A stretch of DNA of 64,000 bases from Bispira polyomma (Eukaryota), in the NCBI GenBank assembly GCA_965649765.1, contig OZ287749.1, forward strand, positions 40,548,001 to 40,612,000. The letters are read 5' to 3'. Under the pieces are notes generated by a model. The model was not told the origin of the DNA and searched no databases. It saw only the letters and a list, made by a program, of their open reading frames with translations. This document shows, one piece after another, positions 44,301-53,300 of this stretch (position 1 is its first letter; the number at the start of each line of letters is the position of its first letter). Position numbers and translations under genes: made by a program.

Positions 44301-47300
44301 CTGTCACTGGTGTTGACATTTCTCAACAAGTAGAATGAAGTACCCTATGTAAATACCAACCAAAACCCAAAGGCAGATGTGGCCATCTCCATAGTATAGT
44401 TAGGTGTGTGGTAGAATAATGAACAAACCTTCACCCCACCCAACAAAATACACTTACTATTAGTCTTATTGAAGAAATATTACTAATACGGTAACTGAAA
44501 AACATACTTAAAAGTTTTTGCAGAAAATTTCATTAGAAAACAAAACATACAGACATTAATTATCATTCTCTAAACTTGTAAGGTGTTGTGATAGAAAATG
44601 GGGGTGATTCTGTTAATATGAGGTTATCTCATGTTTAAAGTTTTGAGACTCCTACTAAGTACATTTGAACCCTGTTAAGTAGAAGCCTTTTCAAAAACTC
44701 TACACTAACCCCATAGTGGTAATCCTATTTCTTTGTGCACTGCGTCTTTACATGTGCTCAGAAATGAACATATTAATAAGAGATGTAACCATTATAACTC
44801 GTGTGTTGACTGATGTAATTACTATATTCAATGTATAAAGTAATATGTTTTAAACCATGAATGAAAAGTGCTTTATAAAGAAATAAAATAGGTTCAAATT
44901 AAAGGTGGTTGTTAATACTTTTAATGCATATATAAATGAATCTGAATTTGAATTTCACCTAGGCAGATTTTAAATCCGCCTAGGCGAAATTAAAATTCAA
45001 CTAGACAAACTTGGAAAATTTTAATTCTGCCTAGGCAAGATTAAAATTTTGATTTTGCCTAGGCCAGATTAGAATTTTAATCTTGCCTAGACGGATTTAA
45101 TTTGGCCTGTGATATATATGCATTTACTGACTGTTCTTTACACTGTTGATTCACTTTCTCTGTCTCCTGTATATTCCAGCATTATGTCTGCCTGGCTGTC
45201 ATCCTGAGCATGGGTCATGCGACCAGCCCAACGAGTGCAAGTAAGTTCTTAGCAATATGAGTGACATTGATTGTAACTTAAACTTTACAAGGCTGCATCT
45301 CTCAAGCTGAATTGAGGACATGTAGTTGATGTTTGTTCTGTAGATTTGTGTAAAATTAACACTGGTTCCTTGGTACAATTCTGATCCCCAGTGTTTATAT
45401 CAGCTTGTTACTCTCACCGAAAAGATTATTGGTAAAATTTTAGGGATGAGAAATTTTATGTAGATATGAAAAGCATGAGATTTCAACTGCCCAGATTCTT
45501 ACAAATAAGACTAATGACAACGAGACCAAACCCCAAACCTTTCATTTTGTGCTGTGTTAAAGTTTGAACTGGTGTAAGTGATATGAACTCACTCACAAAG
45601 TGACGCAATGATCCTGTTAAAGGGTCCAGGAAGAGACCAAAAAAAAGAGACAGCAGATCAAAAAAGACTTGGTTGTGAGTGTTAGACAATATCGTTCTTT
45701 TCTTTCCCCATGCTAACCGTCTGGGGGAAGGAGACAAGTTAAAGTTGACACAACTGGGCTTTCTGGTGTCATTTGTCATATCAATAGCCTTAAAGCTGAA
45801 TTAATGGATGAAAGAGTGAAGGGGGGGGGGGGGGCGGGGTTACCCTTTTGTGGTTTAGATGGACACTCCATAGTTTGAGTGCTTCATTCACAAAGCTTAA
45901 ACCACAACTATGTGATTTGTTGCACGACAACATGTGCTCTTGGGGGCCGGGGAAAAAGACATAGACTTTAGATTGTTACCCCTCTCCACCTCAAATTCTC
46001 CCCCACCACCACTTCTCTGTCTTAAAAAAGGCTTTTACAGACTAGGTCTGGCACAACGTGATGTGACAGTACAAGTAATTTACGACAACTGTCCGATGCA
46101 ACTAGTGTATGTGTACATCAAAAGTGACACACTATATATTGATGAGGACTATCAGACACATTCAAATCATAGTCACATATAGTCATTTTCTTGTGTGATA
46201 ACTCTTTATCCATTACAACGAGCGATGGCGACGGGGAAAAATAGAAATGTTTTTAAATTAAGGTAAACCACCTTGCATCGTAAACTGCCGAGTCACTTCG
46301 TGGTTGGTGTGTATTTTACTATTGTTTTAATTTTTCGTTTCACACGTCACGTTTATCTTGGTCTGCAAAGAGGTTTACTCCTGCGACATTTGTGTACCTT
46401 TTACTCGCTGACAGTCTCAGTGGAGCTTTTCATGACAGCGGAGTCTCTTTGTTATTCACCTATTCAAAGACTTACCAGTACAATGTGTCTGGGGTTGTTC
46501 CCATGCTGCATGTTTGAGTTGGCGCGCGTGTGTGTGTACATATCTCTGGCCATGCCAGACACACTGTACAGTCAATGATGTATGGGGGCTTGGTCTACCT
46601 TTTGAAAAGAAACCAGTGGCTGGCATGAATTTTTTATTGGCCTCACAACTATATACATCTTACTAAAAAAAATTTATTTCCCATCTGTTAGTTAATTACT
46701 ATTCGGCAATCAAGCATAGGAGAGAGTTCCGGCTTTTCAAAAAAAATGGGCCTTTGATATGCAATCATATGGGGTGGGAACATCTAATAACTGAACGTGC
46801 TGAGAGGGCAGGGAAAAAGTTTGGATAATAGAAGGTTTATAACGTTGAAGAAATATTTCTCTATAAAAATAAATAGAAAAAAAAAGAGTTCATAAAATCA
46901 CCCGAGTACATGTGTACTATATTCTGATTGTTTGTTTGTTACAGGTGTAACCTTGGTTACCAGGGCACTCAGTGTGACCAATATGTATGTACTATATTCT
47001 GATTGTTTGTTTGTTACAGGTGTAACCTTGGTTACCAGGGCACTCAGTGTGACCAGTGTATTCCCTATCCTGGTTGTCAACATGGCAGTTGTACAGAACC
47101 CTGGAAGTGTGACTGTGAACCAGGCTGGGGTGGCATCTACTGTAACCAAGGTAACTACAGTAAAACTGCACTTTATCCTAGAGTGTGCATCTGAATAAAT
47201 GTCAACGTTAAAATGATTGTATCTGAAAGTCATTACAATGGTTGATGCAAAGTATTAGGAAAACAAATTACCCTCGTATTAAACACAGAATATGAATTGA

Positions 47301-50300
47301 TTCATTTAACACTTAAAGGCCCTTTGCAGTATACTTGTAAAGCTAACCTTTTTTTATTAATTGATAAATAAGAAGTATTAGTAAATGACTAAGTATGTAA
47401 CATATGTGTCACAGTAAGTTTGAAAGTCAGATCTGTGGCCGTATTCGCAAATATTCTTAAATTGCAATTCTCAGAATTTCCTTATAGTTTTAACTAATGA
47501 GATTCTTTAAAACAATTTTTTTTAGACAATTTTTTTGATTGAGACAAAAATTAATACTAGTCCAGACGAACGTGTGTTAATTATTTATCTCTAATGGCAA
47601 ATTAATAAAATATAAGAACTTAACGTTTACTTTATGGTAAAGGAACCAGTTAGAAACAGTTCCTCTTCTATTACATAATAGATTACGTAACATGAGAATG
47701 TACTCAGTTGTCATAGCAACAGTACTTTTGTCTGCAACATAAATCTATTGTTGTTTGTTTTTTATCTTAGAGGAGAAAAACTGTAATAAAACTTATGGAT
47801 TAATGAGAGTTTCCATGCATACAGAGCATCCACTTTTCTGTTATAAATATTTGGCAATTTATTTATCGAGTTTGATCACAGTATTAAGTGCTTGCTATTG
47901 TTTTTCATCATAGCTTTCAAAACAAATTTTTGTCCAATTTCTTTTTTTGTCGGCAGTGAAAGCAGTTTTACATCACCAGTTCAATGATGACGCCAGTTGA
48001 TTTCAATGGTCTTTGCCTTGATACATCAAATACTTTACTAAATAACCTCACTACTCTCTCAATAAAATATAATTGCTTCTTTTTTACAGTAAAGCGATGG
48101 CACAATATGTTTTTGTATATTAAACAATTTTAAATTATAAACATTCTTCTCTTTCTGAGTGGTCATTTCTTTCGAGAAATGAATGAGAGTTAATCAAAGA
48201 CTGTACTAACTTACTGTAAGAATCATAGTGTGTGACCAGTAATCCTTAAAGCAGAAAGCTTGACGCACCCATGAAAAGAGCATTTGTCTCTATTTTTGCC
48301 TGCTCAACCAATAGAAAGGGCTTTCTAAATAGAAAAAGTGTTTTTCAGTCTCTGACATTTTTTGGGGGGGGCATAATGTTTTTTATCTTTCACAGACAGC
48401 TTTTTTTTCTTCATCTCCAGTTTAATAATTAAGTGAAAAAGAATATGTGAAAATCATGTTTTTTTATGTCTTTACTAAAGGAGGTAAGGACCAGTTGGAG
48501 GTAGGAGAGTAGTGATTTTAGATAAAGGAGACAATGCAGAAATTTCTTTGCTTCTTTAAAAGGATAATATCAAGAGTTTTATGGCCGTAGGCTTCTAAAG
48601 TTACCGTTTTTTCACTTGAGTAACTTGGTGTCACTGTAATTTGAAACTATCACGTTTGATGTTTAAAGCAAAAATCGAAGTAGAAGGACTACAGTGGTTG
48701 GGTCGCTAAAATCAAATGCATGTAGTAAACAGACAGCTAGACTACCACATTTCACTGATACAGTTCTGTTTTTAAAGTAGGTTAGTCAGCTGTACTCAAT
48801 CGTATACAAATCAGATAGAAAGGTTGGGAACGTTCTCCTGAAAGTACTACAGTAGAACCTCTATTATCCAAACTTCTATTATCCCAATATTTACTTTCCT
48901 AAATTTAGATTTTCCTATTGTTTTATATTAAAATGCCTCTTCTATTTGATAAACCTGCTATATAATCTGAACAAAATGGTGCTATTGCAAGAGGTTTGGC
49001 AGAAAATGATGTTTTGCTGTACTAAATTGTAAGACTAAGTATACTGTAGAGTACTTGTGATTTTCCTTTGAAGACATTCATATCTAGTCAGCATTCTATT
49101 CAGCCTGTGGTGTACCCTCTTTCCAGATTTAAACTACTGTACCCACCACTCTCCCTGTGAGCACGGTGCCGAGTGTCGTAACACGGGTCACGGATCCTAC
49201 AGCTGTGAGTGTCTACCTGGCTACTCCGGCACCAACTGTGAGATCACCATCACGGACTGTGTTCACCATCATCCTTGCTCTAATGGAGGCACCTGTATGG
49301 TAAGTATCTACATCATTCACACCTAGTTGAAGGAAAAGATCAACTCATAATCAGATCAAATGTGGTGAAAAAAGATTAACTGTTTTAGATCAGCTTAGGT
49401 TGGTATCCACAAAACATCTAGGTTTTTTTTTATTATCAAATAATGGATTAACTTTGATCGAGCCAACTTGGTGAATTAAATTTGGATCAGAAAGTATCAC
49501 GTATGGCTGACATGAGATGTTTAAAGGAAGAAGAAGAATACAAAAAACAGATCAAATATATGATATTTCTAATCTTGATTTATGAATACCGATTTGATCC
49601 AAGGATCACTTGAAACCCTTTTTCTCAAATATGATCTGGTTTTGATCTGATTTGATCTGTATTTGTTAATACTGCCCCTGGCCAGAAATACACTTGGGGG
49701 AAACATTTAAGCTGTAATAAAATGGTACAATTTCTATTGGGGGCGTTGTATTATATACCTGTATTTATACCTGGGTTATTATTATTCCCAAATTACAAAA
49801 TAACATTGTTTACCAAAATCTTGTTATACTTTAAACTACATTGTTTTACTGTGGGAAACTACTTAACTAGATATAAGAAACACATTCTGGAGGAAAGCGA
49901 TCTCGGCCGTTTTAGTCGCTTGTTGTCCCAGTGGTCACATTGGTTGTTGTATTTCTTTCAGCCAGTAACTGAGGACAAGTACACATGCCAGTGTCCTCCA
50001 GGCTTTCAAGGTCCTCACTGTGAGTTTAGTTTCTCCTCATGTGAGGAGAACCCATGTCAACACAGCGGGTCGTGTAGTTCCCTACAGGAGGGCAGTGTGG
50101 GGTATGAGTGTACCTGTTTGGAGGGGTACACAGGAATCAACTGTGAATCGGAGATAGACGACTGTACGCCAAACCCTTGTAGTAACAGTAAGTACAAGTC
50201 TTTAGATTAGTCAAGTACAAGTCTGTGGATTAGTCAAGTACAATTCTTTGGATTAGTCAAAATACGATTCTTTGGATTAGTCGAAGTACAATTCTTTGGA

Positions 50301-53300
50301 TTAGTCAAGTACAATTCTTTGGATTAGTCGAAATATGATTCTTTGGATTAGTCGAAGTACAATTCTTTGGATTAGTCAAGTACAATTCTTTGGATTAGTC
50401 ATGCAAAGTTTCAGTTATATTTACAACATGTATTTGTAATTCTTTACTGTAAAGCACGTAATGTACGTTTATTTTTATGCGTTTTTATGCATTTTGAGTG
50501 CGAGAAATAAATAAATAAAATAATTAATAAAGAGTAAAAACATTTTGTGAAATCTTCACATATTAGGTGTCACCCGTCTCAAAGTAGCTTAATTCTATAA
50601 TTCACAAGACAGAGTGTGGCCCATATGCTGGAACCTTATTCTCAAAATAAAACAGTGCGGCACATTAATTTTTACTGAATATCTGCAGTACTCGCAGTAT
50701 TCCTTGAGATTTAGTGTTAATAATCAGTTTATATAAAAAAAATTGCATTCATACGCCATACATGGCCGCGCACCCAATCCAGTCAATTCTTGAATCATTC
50801 CCTTAAAAAATAAAGATGTCTCTTTTTCTCTCTTAGATGGAAGGTGTGTAGATGAAAGAAACGGTTTCCGCTGTGTGTGTCCGTCTGGTTTTACTGGGGA
50901 CAGGTGCGAAGTTAACGAGAACGATTGCCATCACAACCCGTGTTTAAACGGAGCCTCGTGCATTGACGACGTCAACGAGTTTAGGTGTCGCTGTATGCCC
51001 GGCTACCAGGGAAATCTGTGCGAGGTGAACATCAACGATTGCGACGGCTACATCTGTGCCAATGGAGGCACGTGCCACGACCTGGAGAACGACTTCATCT
51101 GCAACTGCCCGCCAGGATTTGGGGGTAAAGATTGCCGTGAGAACATCGACGAGTGTGCCCAGGGGCCCTGTCAAAATGGTGGACAGTGCAAGGATCTGGT
51201 CAACGACTTCAATTGTACCTGTCAGAACGGATACCACGGTAAAATGTGCCAGTTCCTAAAGGGCCAGACCGCCTACCCACCTCCTCTGTACAACGGTGGT
51301 AGTAATACTGCTACTACAGCAACCACCACCATTACAGGGGATAGTCGTACTACAGACGCGCATCACGGGGGACAAGTGAGTGGCAATAAACAGGAAGTAC
51401 GGGACCAGTCCGTCATGGGTCTACAATTAACAGTGTACATCTGTGTCGGGGTGGGCATCCCTTGCATCATTATCATTGGAATATTAGCGTTTTTGTTGTT
51501 CCGGAGGCGCAGGAAGAGACACGCGGAGAGCAGCAGCACTAGTACTAGTAACGTTCAGAAGGAAAATGAACGCAACGAGATAGCAAATATGAACAATAAG
51601 GCGAAAAGCATAGACACAGACTCAAGGGTGCTGCCGCCCGGGAGTGTCAGTTTAAAAATTACTAACGAAGAACAAAGTTCTTCAAGAACTTTAAACATCA
51701 ACAAAAACAATTTAAACATTGAGAGTCAAGTGAGTAATAAACTCTATCCAAAAGAACTCAATGTGAGTCAAAATAAAGACTATAGGCATTTAAATAAATC
51801 TAGAGAGCCGAAGGAGACGCATTCTTCTTCACATTCTAGTAAAATATTAGACTGTAATAAATTGGTTGCCCAGCAACAGGGAAGTCCGCACCAGACACCC
51901 TACTTTACATCTATGGAGTCTCCATGTGGCAGCAGTAGTAGTGAAAAAAGGTAAATATAGAAAAACTCTTTGAAACAAGAACCAGTGTAGAAGTGGAATT
52001 TCTCTCTTAACCAAGATCCAATTTAATGGTGTCAACATTCAAAAATATTGTTGCAGGCGATATGTTATACTGACGTATGACGTCAGTATGACATGATCGT
52101 ATGCTTTAGTTTGAGGATCGTCTGATATGTGTCGACCAGTAGATCTCAGAAGTGGTTGGGGTTTGTGGTCTGGTATTTAGGTAGAATGACCTGTTCCGCT
52201 TCTTGTTTTAAATTGAGGTATAAAAGTGGAGGTTAACCATTAGTAGAACCAAATCCTGTAGATGTTGAACATTTGACTTATACAGAGTCTACTGTACAGT
52301 CAAAACCCGTTTAAATAGAACTCTGTTTAGTCAAATTTATAGTCACTAAACTCCTGAAGCCTTATCTTTCAAAGTGTACCCAATTAAGTGGAAATTCTGC
52401 TGAAGTAGAGGCATTTGTTTTGGTCCCCTGATGTTCTACCTCAAAAGGGGTTGCAATGGTGTACTTCTTTAGTCCAAACCAACAAGTATATGATTCCTAA
52501 CCAACAAGTAAATCAATATATCCAGGTATGGTTTATGGGATGTAATAAAAATGTAATTTTCTTGACAAATAAAGAATGCAGGGTAGTTAAAATGTTACAG
52601 AACCTCTATTACGCGAATATTTGATTTTTTTGAATGAATTTCGACTCTCCCAATATTTCATAAACTTTCTATTATTCGAACAAAATTTCCTCTTCCAACA
52701 TGTTCAGATAATAGAGGTTCCACATTAGTAATAATAATATGATAAAAATAACCCAGATGATGTGACAAAAACAGGTAATGCAAGTTTTTGTGAAGTGTTC
52801 AAATATAACCCCAGGAGTACTTGTCAAGAGTGTAAACTTCATTTTGGACACTGTGAACCTATTTCTGTACTTCCTCTATCGACAATCAATTTCTTCCCTA
52901 GAAAGAAACATCTTCCCTTTGAACTATTTTCCCCACCATGTACATCTTATTCCCATGACACAATGATCACATGCTATATTAGACTATAATAAGATTATTG
53001 TCGCATCTCTAGAAGTTTCAATCTGAACCCACTTTAGTAGAAGATCAGACTGATTGCCTTGGTGTGAAGTTTGCGCCATATGTTCTGTTTCTTACCTGGC
53101 TTGTTATAAAAGGGACCTTGAGTGTGACTTCCACAGATCAATACATTGATCGGGAAATTTTTCAAACAATGGCATAAAAACTAGACATGTTATTATGCAA
53201 AGAGGCCTGGTGTGAGGGACAAAGTATGTTTTCTCACATAGCTCCAATTGGGGGAGAGGGGTGGGGTGTGTGTGTAAACATGAATGAAGGGTGTACCGAT

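Noticed and set aside
49722-49961. N-terminal part of the 162-aa ORF ([11 protein letters not shown]...)
   Set aside because: Intronic open frame upstream of the exon 8 acceptor at 49962; only the downstream EGF part is coding.
50445-50525. Possible LINE/SINE 3' tail (TGTAAAGCAC...AAATAAATAAATAAA) in intron 8
   Set aside because: Too short and degenerate to assign.
50944-51259. Antisense and alternate-frame ORFs over exon 9 (also 35957-36229, 43233-43499, 46898-47233)
   Set aside because: Shadow ORFs of GC-richer Delta exons with no independent features.
6177-52085. Five perfect CRE palindromes TGACGTCA (6177, 11005, 21773, 22022, 52078)
   Set aside because: Three lie inside probable transposon-derived sequence and the rest are dispersed; no support for a functional cluster.
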